A stretch of DNA of 32,000 bases from Candidatus Saccharimonadota bacterium. Its GTDB lineage: Bacteria; Pseudomonadota; Gammaproteobacteria; Enterobacterales; Enterobacteriaceae. The translations under genes and the position numbers were made by a program. How positions within the stretch are numbered: the stretch's first letter is position 1; each line of letters starts with the position of its first letter. The stretch is taken from contig NC_014909.2 of the NCBI RefSeq assembly GCF_000185985.2, positions 60,001-92,000 on the forward strand. Direction: 5' to 3'. This document shows positions 9,508-20,231 of the stretch, piece by piece. The notes under the pieces were generated by a model. The model saw only the letters and a list, made by a program, of their open reading frames with translations. It had not been told where the DNA came from and did no database searches.

Positions 9508-10707
9508 TTATTTATAATTTTTGTTCCATGCATTTAAAATATTTATTCTTCTGTTGTGTAGTTCTTTTCCTATATTTATATTTTGAAATCCAGAACTTAT
9601 TACATCATGAGCTTTTATTTGTTTGGTGAGCTTAAACGCTGTTCGTAAAAAATTTTCTTGATAATATGAGAGTTGTGTATAGCATTGATGATCTAATAAA
9701 TGAGATTTGTTGATATAAATTATCTGTTCAATATTTTTTGGGCAATGCCAACAATTGAACTTGTTAAATATTCTTATAATCATTTCTGAAGATAACGTTG
9801 TAACATCATATAAGTCATTGTAATAAATAGCAACGATTTTTGAAAGTTTAAGAATATTATTTGGAATTGTTAATCTTTTACATAAATTGTTTACAGAAGA
9901 GATTATTAATTGTTTTGATGAATTATGTTGTTCGCTTAAATTACAACATAATATTGAGAAACGTATAGCAAGATCTTTAGTTAAACGAGAAATATTGGAT
10001 AGTTTAGTCATAGTATGGGAACCTAAGTTATTAAAATTTAGATGCCATTTTTTTGAACCAGATATTGTAAATAATGTATATATTTCAGGGAATAGTATGT
10101 TTAATGCACCACATTTTTTTAAAATTTGGAAATATACTTGAGGGTTATTTGTTATAAGTGCTTTTTTAGTTTCTGTCCATATGCGTTCTGATGATAGTAA
10201 TTGTAACTCAGAAGAGGACATTTGGATCATGAGTTGTAATGTTTCTGAAGCAATGGAAAATCCCATGTGTTTAAATTTTGCAGCAAATCTAGCAACTCTT
10301 AATATTCTTAATGGATCTTCATAAAATGCATCAGAAACATGTCTTAAAAGTTTTAATTTAATATCTCTTTGTCCATTGTATGGGTCTAATAAATTTCCAT
10401 GCATATCATATGCCATAGCATTAATGGTTAAGTCTCTACGATATAAATCTTCTTCGATAGTGACAGAAGGGTTAGTATAACAAATAAATCCTGTGTATCC
10501 TTTTCCGTTTTTACGTTCAGTACGAGCTAAGGCATATTCTTCATGACTTGTAGGGTGTAGAAATACTGGAAAATCCTTACCAACTTGTTCATAGCCTATT
10601 TTTAACATTTCTTGAGGGTTGGAGCCTGTTATAACCCAATCTTTCTCTATAATAGGTAGATTTAATAATGAGTCTCGTACAGCTCCTCCTACTAAATATT
10701 TTTTCAT
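9508..10707 (-). CDS. cca: CCA-adding tRNA nucleotidyltransferase
   Basis: 399-aa ORF. MKKYLVGGAVRDSLLNLPIIEKDWVITGSNPQEML, FPVFLHPTSHEEYALARTERK, RRDLTINAMA and DPLRILRVARFAAKF are colinear with E. coli Cca. The C-terminal HD-domain motifs are degenerate (see findings). Confidence 0.93.
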   Translation of the reverse strand: MKKYLVGGAVRDSLLNLPIIEKDWVITGSNPQEMLKIGYEQVGKDFPVFLHPTSHEEYALARTERKNGKGYTGFICYTNPSVTIEEDLYRRDLTINAMAYDMHGNLLDPYNGQRDIKLKLLRHVSDAFYEDPLRILRVARFAAKFKHMGFSIASETLQLMIQMSSSELQLLSSERIWTETKKALITNNPQVYFQILKKCGALNILFPEIYTLFTISGSKKWHLNFNNLGSHTMTKLSNISRLTKDLAIRFSILCCNLSEQHNSSKQLIISSVNNLCKRLTIPNNILKLSKIVAIYYNDLYDVTTLSSEMIIRIFNKFNCWHCPKNIEQIIYINKSHLLDHQCYTQLSYYQENFLRTAFKLTKQIKAHDVISSGFQNINIGKELHNRRINILNAWNKNYK

Positions 10708-10902
10708 ATTTTATTTAATTAAAATTAAATTATTTTATATAATTTATATTATAACTATTAATGTAGTATCTGTACTAAATTGGGGTATACGAGTAGTGAT
10801 AATACTATAAATTTTTCTTGATTATATGTAGTATAAGAATACCACTTAATATTGTTATTATAAAAAGTGAATATAATTTTTTAATTGTATTTAGGTATAC
10901 TA

Positions 10903-12369
10903 ATGAAAGATGATAATTTTTGTTTTGTAAATTTTTTGAAATCTAATGTATTAATAGTAGGAGATGTTATTTTAGATCGATATTGGTGTGGATTTACTAA
11001 TAAAATTTCTTTAGAATCATCTGGGCCAATAGTTAAAATTAATAAGATTGTTAATCGACCAGGTGGAGCTTCTAATGTAGCAATGAATATTGCCGCATTG
11101 GGTGGACAGGTTAGATTGATAGGATTGGTAGGTATTGATAAAGCTGCTCGTATATTAAAAAAACAGCTTTTGAAATTTAAGATAAAGTGGAATGTTGTTC
11201 CATTACATACTTATTCAACTATTCTTAAATTACGAGTTTTATCTAAAAAACAACAACTAATTCGATTAGATTTTGAAAAAAATGTTGAAAATATTGATAC
11301 TAATCAATTGATTAATGAAGTGAAGTTACATTTAACAAAACATAAAATTTTAGTTTTATCTGATTATGCGAAAGGGGCTTTAAATAAGATAGAGGAAATA
11401 ATAGAATTAGCACGTTTAGCTAATATTCCAGTAATAATAGATCCAAAAGGTATACAATTTTCTCGTTATAAAGGGGCAACTATATTAACTCCTAATATGT
11501 CAGAGTTTGAATCAGTTGCGGGTTTTTGTCGAAACGATAAAATTTTGATTAGTCGTGCTAAAGAAATTATATATGATTATAATTTGTCAGCACTATTAAT
11601 TACGCGTGCTGAAAAGGGCATGGTGCTATTACGTAAAAAATTAATAGATCATCCGTTATATTTTAAAGCGCAATCAAAGGTAGTATATGATGTTACTGGA
11701 GCTGGAGATACAGTGGTTGGGGTATTATCTGCAGCTTTATCGTATGGAGAAAGTTTAGAAAAAGCATGTTTTTTGGCGAATTCAGCAGCAGGGTTAGTAA
11801 TAGGTAAATTTGGTACTGCTACTGTTGATATGATTGAAATGAAAAATATTATACAAAAGTATGAATATGAAAACATGCCGTTTGGTATATTGGATGAAAA
11901 TACTCTGAAAAGAATTGTATCTGTAGCACGTAATAGAGGAGAAAAAATAGTTATGACTAATGGTGTATTTGATATTTTACATTATGGGCATGTTAATTAT
12001 TTGACTAATGCAAGAAAACTTGGAGATAGATTAATTGTAGCGGTGAATAGTGATGAATCTACTAAAAGATTGAAAGGAAAGGGACGGCCAATAAATACTT
12101 TAAAAAAACGTATGGTTGTGTTATCTGCTTTATCTATGGTAGATTGGGTAGTGCCTTTTTATGAAGATACTCCGATTAGATTGATATCAGAAATATCTCC
12201 GGATTTTTTAGTAAAAGGTGGTGATTATGATATTTTGGATATTGATGGAAATAAGGAAGTTGTTAGTAAAGGAGGAAAGGTATGTGTTTTGAAATTTCAA
12301 TCTGGTTTTTCTAGTAGTAAAATAATTAATTTTATTCAAAATAATCGTGATAAATTAAATGTACGTTGA
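10903..12369 (+). CDS. hldE: Bifunctional D-beta-D-heptose 7-phosphate kinase / heptose 1-phosphate adenylyltransferase HldE (RfaE); ATG 10903 preferred over the track's TTG 10885
   Basis: It has an N-terminal ribokinase-like domain (GDVILDRYW, VTGAGDTVVGVLSAAL) and a C-terminal cytidylyltransferase domain (TNGVFDILHYGHVNYL, VAVNSDES). Confidence 0.94.
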   Translation: MKDDNFCFVNFLKSNVLIVGDVILDRYWCGFTNKISLESSGPIVKINKIVNRPGGASNVAMNIAALGGQVRLIGLVGIDKAARILKKQLLKFKIKWNVVPLHTYSTILKLRVLSKKQQLIRLDFEKNVENIDTNQLINEVKLHLTKHKILVLSDYAKGALNKIEEIIELARLANIPVIIDPKGIQFSRYKGATILTPNMSEFESVAGFCRNDKILISRAKEIIYDYNLSALLITRAEKGMVLLRKKLIDHPLYFKAQSKVVYDVTGAGDTVVGVLSAALSYGESLEKACFLANSAAGLVIGKFGTATVDMIEMKNIIQKYEYENMPFGILDENTLKRIVSVARNRGEKIVMTNGVFDILHYGHVNYLTNARKLGDRLIVAVNSDESTKRLKGKGRPINTLKKRMVVLSALSMVDWVVPFYEDTPIRLISEISPDFLVKGGDYDILDIDGNKEVVSKGGKVCVLKFQSGFSSSKIINFIQNNRDKLNVR

Positions 12370-12513
12370 ATTAGATTTATCGTAATTTTTGAAAATGTAT
12401 TTTTTCGTTAAAAGTTTTGAATGAATTAAAGTAATTTTTTATTAATTTATGATATTAAATTTTGAAGTAATTAGATATCGAGGATAATTAATTTGCTTAT
12501 ATTTTATATATAA

Positions 12514-12795
12514 TTATGTATTATTATTTGATTTATTTTTTTTAAGTTTATGTTGATAAATTGACTCTAAAATTTGTACTTTTTTTTCTAATTCATTTAT
12601 TTTTTGTTGAATTTCAAGAAGAACTTGAGATTGTATATCGAATTCTTCTCTGTTAACAAAATCCATATAATCAAGTTGATTTTGTAATATTTGTTGTATT
12701 TTAGAATCTAAATCACATGTAAGACCAGAAATTATTTTATGAACGTATTCGTTGATATAACGTGTGAATTTTGCAATAGTTTTAAGGTCCAACAT
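12514..12795 (-). CDS. ubiK: Ubiquinone biosynthesis accessory factor UbiK (YqiC)
   Basis: 93-aa coiled-coil ORF. QNQLDYMDFVNREEFDIQSQVLLEIQQKINELEKKV matches E. coli YqiC [36 protein letters not shown]. It is divergent from ribB, as in E. coli. Confidence 0.82.
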   Translation of the reverse strand: MLDLKTIAKFTRYINEYVHKIISGLTCDLDSKIQQILQNQLDYMDFVNREEFDIQSQVLLEIQQKINELEKKVQILESIYQHKLKKNKSNNNT

Positions 12796-13173
12796 AAATA
12801 ATAAGCTCAGGTTTTATTTATATATATTTTGTGTTACATAGATTTTAATGAATTTTTTTAAAGATAACTTAATAATATTACTGAATTAAATTATACAATT
12901 TTCGGATTATATTGTAAATTTATTTTGAATTGAATTTGAATTTTTATGAAAAATTATAGTAAATATAAGCTCGTTTATTTATTGTGTTAATTTATAAAAT
13001 TGTAGTATGTATTGATTTAGGGAATTAATAATATTAATTTATATTATTGGTTTTGGTTGTGTATTACATTAAATTTGGTTGTGTTTAAATAAGTGGAGTT
13101 GTGATAATTTTATTAAACTTATAAAAATAATTATAATGTAATTTTCGATAGGAATTTAAGTTATTTTATTATT

Positions 13174-13827
13174 ATGTATTGGCAAGAAGATATTTTATCT
13201 AAATTTGGAACTTCGATAGAACGTGTGCAAAATGCATTAAATGCATTACGTGGTGGGCGTGGAGTTTTAGTGATAGATGATGAAAATCGAGAAAATGAAG
13301 GAGATATGATATTTGCTGCAGAAAATATGACTGTTACACAAATGGCTTTAGCTATTCGGCATGGTAGTGGTATAGTGTGTTTATGTTTAACAGAAGATAG
13401 ATGTAAACAGTTAAATTTACCTATGATGGTTGAAGAAAATAGTAATAATTATAAGACTGCCTTTACTGTAACTATAGAGGCTTCAAAAGGCGTGACTACT
13501 GGTGTTTCTGCAAAAGATCGTTTAACTACTATTCAAGCTTCAATAGCAGATTATGCAAAGCCTTCTGATTTGAATCGTCCTGGGCATGTTTTTCCTTTAA
13601 GGGCAAATAAAGGAGGTGTATTAACTCGATTAGGGCATACAGAAGCTGCTGTTGATTTAGTGACATTAGCTGGGTTAAAGCCATTTGGTGTGTTATGTGA
13701 GGTAACTAATAAAGATGGGAGTATGGCGCGTACTTTGGAAATAATTGAATTTTCAAAAAAGTATAATATGCCAGTTTTAACTATTTTAGATTTAATAATT
13801 TATATTAAAATTAGAACTAATTTTTAA
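13174..13827 (+). CDS. ribB: 3,4-dihydroxy-2-butanone 4-phosphate synthase RibB
   Basis: 217-aa [58 protein letters not shown] and GHTEAAVDL are near-identical to E. coli RibB. Confidence 0.97.
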   Translation: MYWQEDILSKFGTSIERVQNALNALRGGRGVLVIDDENRENEGDMIFAAENMTVTQMALAIRHGSGIVCLCLTEDRCKQLNLPMMVEENSNNYKTAFTVTIEASKGVTTGVSAKDRLTTIQASIADYAKPSDLNRPGHVFPLRANKGGVLTRLGHTEAAVDLVTLAGLKPFGVLCEVTNKDGSMARTLEIIEFSKKYNMPVLTILDLIIYIKIRTNF

Positions 13828-14148
13828 TATCTTTGTATATTATAGAATAATATTATTGTAGTCGATGATTTAGCTTATATTTAATTATGAGAGTTTATTT
13901 TGTTTAGTTTATTAAATACAAGTTCATTATATAATTATATAAGTTAAACTAATTTGTTGCTGGAAGAATTGATATGTGTTGTTTTAAAAATAAATCATAT
14001 TTGTATGTGTATGGTATTTAATATGTATGCAGTGTTATATATGTATGTATAACAAAGTTGATTTTGGTATGTAAATTGAGTTATGTATAATGAGTACATT
14101 ATGTATGTGAATCATGATAAATTTTGATAGGTGTGTATATTATTTTAT

Positions 14149-14883
14149 ATGATCGCTATAATACGTGTGGTTTTAATTTTAATTATATCAATTAATATTT
14201 GCGTATTTGGTATAATTTATTGTTTATTAGTTCCTAGGCAATTGCGTTATATTGATATTTTTAGTCATTTATTTGGATGTATGGCGCCTATTTTTGGAAT
14301 TCAACTTGAAATACGAAAATCTTCAGATATCTTATTGCCTAAAAATTGCGTCTATATTTCTAATCATCAAAATAATTATGATATGGTGACTGTATCTAGT
14401 GCAGTGCAATCAAATACTGTAACAATAGGCAAAAAAAATTTATTATGGATTCCATTATTTGGTCAATTGTATTGGTTAAGTGGTAATATATTGATTGATC
14501 GAACATATAATAGTGTACAGAAAACTCGTAGTATTTTAACTAAAATCATTAAAACTATTAGAATAGATGGTATGTCAGTATGGATTTTTCCAGAAGGAAC
14601 ACGAAATCAAGGCAGAGGATTGTTGCCTTTTAAAATAGGAGCGTTTTATGCAGCAATTTTTTCTAAAGTGCCCATCGTTCCGATTTGTGTTTCAGATATT
14701 TCTAATAATAAAATTAGATTAAATCGTTGGTCAAATGGATTAGTAATAATTGAAATCATGCCTTCTCTGAAAACATGTCAATATAAACTTAATCAAGTTC
14801 GTATTATTGCTGCGCATTGTCATAAAATTATGAAATTGAAAATTGATAAGCTTAATGAGGAAGTAATGCTCCGAGAAAATTAG
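14149..14883 (+). CDS. plsC: 1-acyl-sn-glycerol-3-phosphate acyltransferase PlsC (ATG 14149 preferred over the track's GTG 14131)
   Basis: MIAIIRVVLILIISINICVFGIIYCLLVPR aligns with the E. coli PlsC N-terminus. The acyltransferase motifs NHQNNYDM and FPEGTRNQGRGLLPFKIGAF are present. Confidence 0.93.
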   Translation: MIAIIRVVLILIISINICVFGIIYCLLVPRQLRYIDIFSHLFGCMAPIFGIQLEIRKSSDILLPKNCVYISNHQNNYDMVTVSSAVQSNTVTIGKKNLLWIPLFGQLYWLSGNILIDRTYNSVQKTRSILTKIIKTIRIDGMSVWIFPEGTRNQGRGLLPFKIGAFYAAIFSKVPIVPICVSDISNNKIRLNRWSNGLVIIEIMPSLKTCQYKLNQVRIIAAHCHKIMKLKIDKLNEEVMLREN

Positions 14884-14894
14884 ATTTTTTATAC

Positions 14895-14942
14895 AAAACG
14901 GATTAGATCGAATTTAATTTTAAATGCGATCTAATCCGTTTT
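14895..14942. terminator. Bidirectional intrinsic terminator between convergent plsC and metC (16-bp perfect stem, 16-nt loop)
   Basis: aaaacggattagatcg (14895-14910) is the exact reverse complement of cgatctaatccgtttt (14927-14942). There is a T-run after the right arm on the + strand and an A-run before the left arm. The right arm and part of the loop lie inside the last 7 codons plus stop codon of metC. Confidence 0.72.
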
Positions 14943-16095
14943 TTAAGTCTTGAATTAAATCTGTATAATGTTCTAATCCTACATGTATTCGTACTAATGT
15001 TCCTGTAAAATCTAATAGTCCGACTGGTCGAATAGAATTTAATTCTTCTATTTGATTTGTTATAATTAATGATTCAAATCCTCCCCATGAATACGCCATT
15101 TTAAAGTATTTAAAATTATTAAGAAAATTTGATAATTGGACGTTGGTGAGTCGTTGTTTTAAAATAAAGGAAAATAGTCCACTAGATCCACTAAAATCTC
15201 TTAAGAAATATTCATGTCCCCTACAAACAGGGAGAGCTGGGTGGTTTACTTTATAAACTTTAGGATGATCAGTTAACCAATGAGCTATATTTAATCCATT
15301 TTCTTCATGTTGTTTTAATCTAATGTACAGTGTTCGTAATCCTCGAATTGCCATGTATGCAGTATCAGCATCAACGGTTTGTCCCATTAAGCAAGCATGT
15401 TCTTTTAATTGTTTCCAACATCTTAAATTAGATACAGCGATCCCTAACATTCCATCAGAATGTCCCAAAATATATTTTGTGCCAGATTGAATAGAAATGT
15501 CTACTCCTATATTTATAGGTTTTAAAAAGATTCCTGCAGACCAGGTATTATCTAATAGTATAACGATATCTTTCTTTTTTGTTCGTGCTGATTTAATAAT
15601 TTCAGGAATATTTTGTATTTCCATAGTAATAGAACTGGGAGATTCTAGAACGATTAATTTAGTGTTATCTTGAATGAGGTGAGCAATATTAACACCAATT
15701 AATGGATCAAACCAACTAATTTGAATGTTCATTTTTTTCGAGATAACTCGACAAAAATTTTGAGTAGGTTCATATGCTGATCCTGTAATTAAAATATGAT
15801 CTCCTTCTGAAATAAAAGCAAGGATTGAATGAGTAATAGCAGCCGTGCCGCATGGATACAATACACACCCTGATCCATTTTCTAGTTCTATCATAGCTTC
15901 TTGTAAAGCAAAATGAGATAAAGTACCATATCTACCATAGAATAATTTTCCATTCATCCGATTTTTGAAGGCATATTTTTTTTGTTCAACGGAATTAAAA
16001 ATTATTGAGGATGCTCTTTGAATAATAGGATTCACTGTTCCTTGTGTAAATTTTTTATTTCTTCCAGATGTAATTAGTTTGGTTTCATCTTTCAT
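14920..16095 (-). CDS. metC: Cystathionine beta-lyase MetC
   Basis: 391-aa ORF. VNPIIQRASSIIF, the PLP-lysine context SGTKYILGHSD, YSWGGFESLI and VRIHVGLE are colinear with E. coli MetC. Confidence 0.94.
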   Translation of the reverse strand: MKDETKLITSGRNKKFTQGTVNPIIQRASSIIFNSVEQKKYAFKNRMNGKLFYGRYGTLSHFALQEAMIELENGSGCVLYPCGTAAITHSILAFISEGDHILITGSAYEPTQNFCRVISKKMNIQISWFDPLIGVNIAHLIQDNTKLIVLESPSSITMEIQNIPEIIKSARTKKKDIVILLDNTWSAGIFLKPINIGVDISIQSGTKYILGHSDGMLGIAVSNLRCWKQLKEHACLMGQTVDADTAYMAIRGLRTLYIRLKQHEENGLNIAHWLTDHPKVYKVNHPALPVCRGHEYFLRDFSGSSGLFSFILKQRLTNVQLSNFLNNFKYFKMAYSWGGFESLIITNQIEELNSIRPVGLLDFTGTLVRIHVGLEHYTDLIQDLKNGLDRI

Positions 16096-16487
16096 AATAT
16101 TGATATATTTATTTTTTATATTAAATCTTACACAAGTTATCTGTAAGTATAAAACACTATGTTGATAGTATACAAGATATTTATGAGGTGTTGAGTTTTG
16201 TGAAATTAAAGGTATATATTATGTTTATATTGTACTTTGGTGATATTTCTTATGTTTATAGGACCATTAAAATAAAATTTTATATTTTTAAAGCAAAAAA
16301 TTTAGTACTAAGACAGTATAATGTATTTAATTTTTTTATTTTTTATGTAAATTTTATATTTAAATATATGTAATATTATATTCATATGATTCGGGAAAAT
16401 GGGTTGATTTGTTAGTTTAATTTAGTTTGATTTGTATATATATTTAAAATGTATTATGTAGTATTAATATAATCTAATTATAAAAAA

Positions 16488-16560
<73 letters not shown>

Positions 16561-16806
16561 TCTTTTACAAATTAGTGACACCGTATTTGTGTTCTGTTTA
16601 GGTAATAGTTATATTATATTCCTTAGTGTTATGTACACAGTATATATAACAACTCAGTAAAGATTCTAAGTTAAGGTTAATTATACATAAATTATAGGGT
16701 AAATGTAATATTACCTAAAATAAATGTAATATAATTAAATTATAACATATTAGTATTGGGAAATTTTTTTGAGTTACATTGACGCGTATTTTTATCAAAG
16801 TTATTT

Positions 16807-17118
16807 TTAACTTAACACTTTGGTTATCCAATTTAAATATTGTATTTCTCCAAAAGTTATTGGTATTACTAATAATTCAGGTATAGTATAGGGATGTGTT
16901 TTTTTTATTGTATTAAATATTTTTTCTTGGAGGGAATCTTGTGTTTTAATTAAGAGTTGTAATTCATTAGAGGTTTGTAATTGATCATTCCAATAATAAT
17001 ACGAACGTATGTTGCTTATTAAATTTACACATGCTGCTAACTTTAAATTTAGTAAGGTATGTATTAATTTTAAAGCCAATTTTTCATTATTAGGTAAGGT
17101 ACATAAAATAATTATCAT
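16807..17118 (-). CDS. cutA: Divalent-cation tolerance protein CutA
   Basis: 103-aa ORF. KLAACVNLI, SYYYWNDQL and HPYTIPELLVIPIT align with E. coli CutA KLAACATLI, SLYYWEGKL and HPYQTPELLVLPVT. Confidence 0.9.
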   Translation of the reverse strand: MIIILCTLPNNEKLALKLIHTLLNLKLAACVNLISNIRSYYYWNDQLQTSNELQLLIKTQDSLQEKIFNTIKKTHPYTIPELLVIPITFGEIQYLNWITKVLS

Positions 17119-17367
17119 TTTTTTATCTCAAGATTGAAAATCTAATTCTCTGATAAATTATAGGAATTTAATTTATTGAATACAAGTTAAAAAGTCATTG
17201 TAAATGTATATAACAATTATTTATTGTATTAGATTTTATTAAAAATAAAATTTTAATGCATGAGTTATTGCTATTTCTAAAAAAATTAGATAGATTATGT
17301 GTTTAATTTAGGCATTTAATATTAAATAGCAGGTTGGATCTAAATTTTAGATAAAAGTTTTTTATAA

Positions 17368-17399
17368 CCCCTTGAAGGGATGGTGAATGCCCCCATTTT
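17368..17399 (+). promoter_or_regulatory. Sigma-32 (RpoH) heat-shock promoter of groESL
   Basis: ccCCTTGAAgggatggtgaatgcCCCCATTTt: the -35 element CCCCTTGAA is at 17368-17376, the spacer is 14 nt, and the -10 element CCCCATTTT is at 17391-17399. This matches the E. coli groE promoter (CCCCCTTGAA...CCCCATTTC) and the consensus CTTGAAA-N13-15-CCCCATNT. It lies about 105 nt upstream of the groES ATG and is a GC island in an AT-rich spacer. Confidence 0.82.
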
Positions 17400-17503
17400 A
17401 AATATTGTCTTGAAGAGATAATATGTAAAAATTGTGTGTTGATTTGTGATTTCATGAGACACTGTAAGTAGAGTAATATAATATAATAATTAGGGAGCGT
17501 TAA

Positions 17504-17797
17504 ATGAAAATTCGTCCATTGCATGATCGTGTAATTGTAAAACGTAAAGAAGTTGAATCAAAATCTGCTGGAGGTATTGTGTTGACTGGATCTGCAGCTG
17601 GGAAATCTACGCGAGGAGAAGTGTTGGCTGTTGGTCATGGTCGTGTTTTAGAAAACGGAGAAGTGAAAGCTTTAGATGTGCGCGTTGGTGATACAATTAT
17701 TTTCAATGACGGGTATGGTGTAAAGGTAGAGAAAATTGATAATGAAGAGGTATTAATTATGTCAGAAAACGATATCCTTGCTATCGTTGAAAAATAA
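17504..17797 (+). CDS. groES: Co-chaperonin GroES
   Basis: 97-aa [47 protein letters not shown]. The Shine-Dalgarno sequence agggag lies upstream. Confidence 0.99.
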   Translation: MKIRPLHDRVIVKRKEVESKSAGGIVLTGSAAGKSTRGEVLAVGHGRVLENGEVKALDVRVGDTIIFNDGYGVKVEKIDNEEVLIMSENDILAIVEK

Positions 17798-17825
17798 TTA
17801 GTGACTAACTTATTAATTTAACTAA

Positions 17826-19487
<1,662 letters not shown>

Positions 19488-19563
19488 TTTTATAGCACTG
19501 GTTTATGTTAGATAAATCATGCATTGTGTGTATGATGTTTAGTAAAAAATGTAGATGTAATAT

Positions 19564-19631
19564 ACTTACTAAGTCGGACGCTGAGATATGAATTTAAAAT
19601 ATTTATTTGTCCACTGTCCGGCTTAGTAAGT
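19564..19631 (+). repeat. Inverted repeat downstream of groEL (16-bp stem: 15 Watson-Crick pairs plus 1 G.U; 36-nt loop); possible 3' hairpin or terminator of groESL mRNA
   Basis: acttactaagtcggac (19564-19579) pairs with gtccggcttagtaagt (19616-19631). There is no clean U-tract after it. Confidence 0.5.
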
Positions 19632-19655
19632 TAAGGTTAAGATAAAAATAAATGT

Positions 19656-20231
19656 ATGATACAATATGGGATTAATGAGTTGAGGGTTGGATTAAAAGTT
19701 ATTCAAAACCAGGAACCATGTGTTATTATCTCGAATGAAGGGGTGAAACCTGGAAAGGGGTTATCGTTTAATAGAATACGTTTAAAAAATATAATATCTG
19801 GAAAAATTTTAGACCGAACATTAAAATCTGGTGATTTTTTAGAATTAGCTGATGTTGTAGAAACACAGTTAATCTATTTATACCGAGATTATAATCTGTG
19901 GTATTTTATGCATGATAAAAATTTTGACCAAGTTTCTATTCACAAGAATATAATAGGTAAATCTGATAAATGGATGAAAGAACAGTGGATTTATTTTGTT
20001 ACTTTTTGGAATAGCATGCCAATTCTTGTTACTCCTCCAGAAATTATGCATTTTAAAGTTGTTAAAACTGATTTGTCTATAAAGAGTTCGTCATCTACCT
20101 CAACGTCTTCTGGCAATAAATTAGCTATCTTAAGTACTGGAGCTATTTTAAAAGTCCCTTTTTTTATTAAATCTGGGGAATTAATTAAAGTTAATACTAA
20201 TACAGGTACTTATATTTCTAGAATGAAATAA
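19656..20231 (+). CDS. efp: Elongation factor P
   Basis: 191-aa ORF. LRVGLKV, VKPGKGLSFNRIRL (K34 retained) and LSTGAILKVPFFIKSGELIKVNTNTGTYISRMK are colinear with E. coli EF-P. Confidence 0.93.
   Translation: MIQYGINELRVGLKVIQNQEPCVIISNEGVKPGKGLSFNRIRLKNIISGKILDRTLKSGDFLELADVVETQLIYLYRDYNLWYFMHDKNFDQVSIHKNIIGKSDKWMKEQWIYFVTFWNSMPILVTPPEIMHFKVVKTDLSIKSSSSTSTSSGNKLAILSTGAILKVPFFIKSGELIKVNTNTGTYISRMK

Noticed and set aside
13980-14110. A tatgta/tgtatg-rich stretch upstream of plsC, with similar patches at 8400-8700, which looks like a degenerate tandem repeat.
   Set aside because: It has no fixed period, no conserved repeat unit and no spacer structure. It is compositional low complexity, not a CRISPR array or satellite.
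16188-16373. A 61-aa intergenic ORF in the metC/tRNA-Phe spacer (MLSFVKLKVYIMFILYFGDISYVYRTIKIKFYIF...).
   Set aside because: It has a non-ATG start and an extreme Phe/Ile/Tyr/Lys/Asn composition that simply mirrors AT-rich DNA. There is no Shine-Dalgarno sequence and no motif. It is most likely a chance open frame.
16667-16680. A 14-nt exact repeat taagttaaggttaa at 16667-16680 and 19627-19640. The second copy abuts the groEL-downstream hairpin.
   Set aside because: Its length is within chance expectation for an AT-rich 32-kb window, and nothing else links the two sites.
17303-17524. A 73-aa minus-strand ORF overlapping the groES start.
   Set aside because: It runs antisense through the sigma-32 promoter and groES 5' UTR, and its sequence is low-complexity. 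The region is better explained by the promoter and leader.
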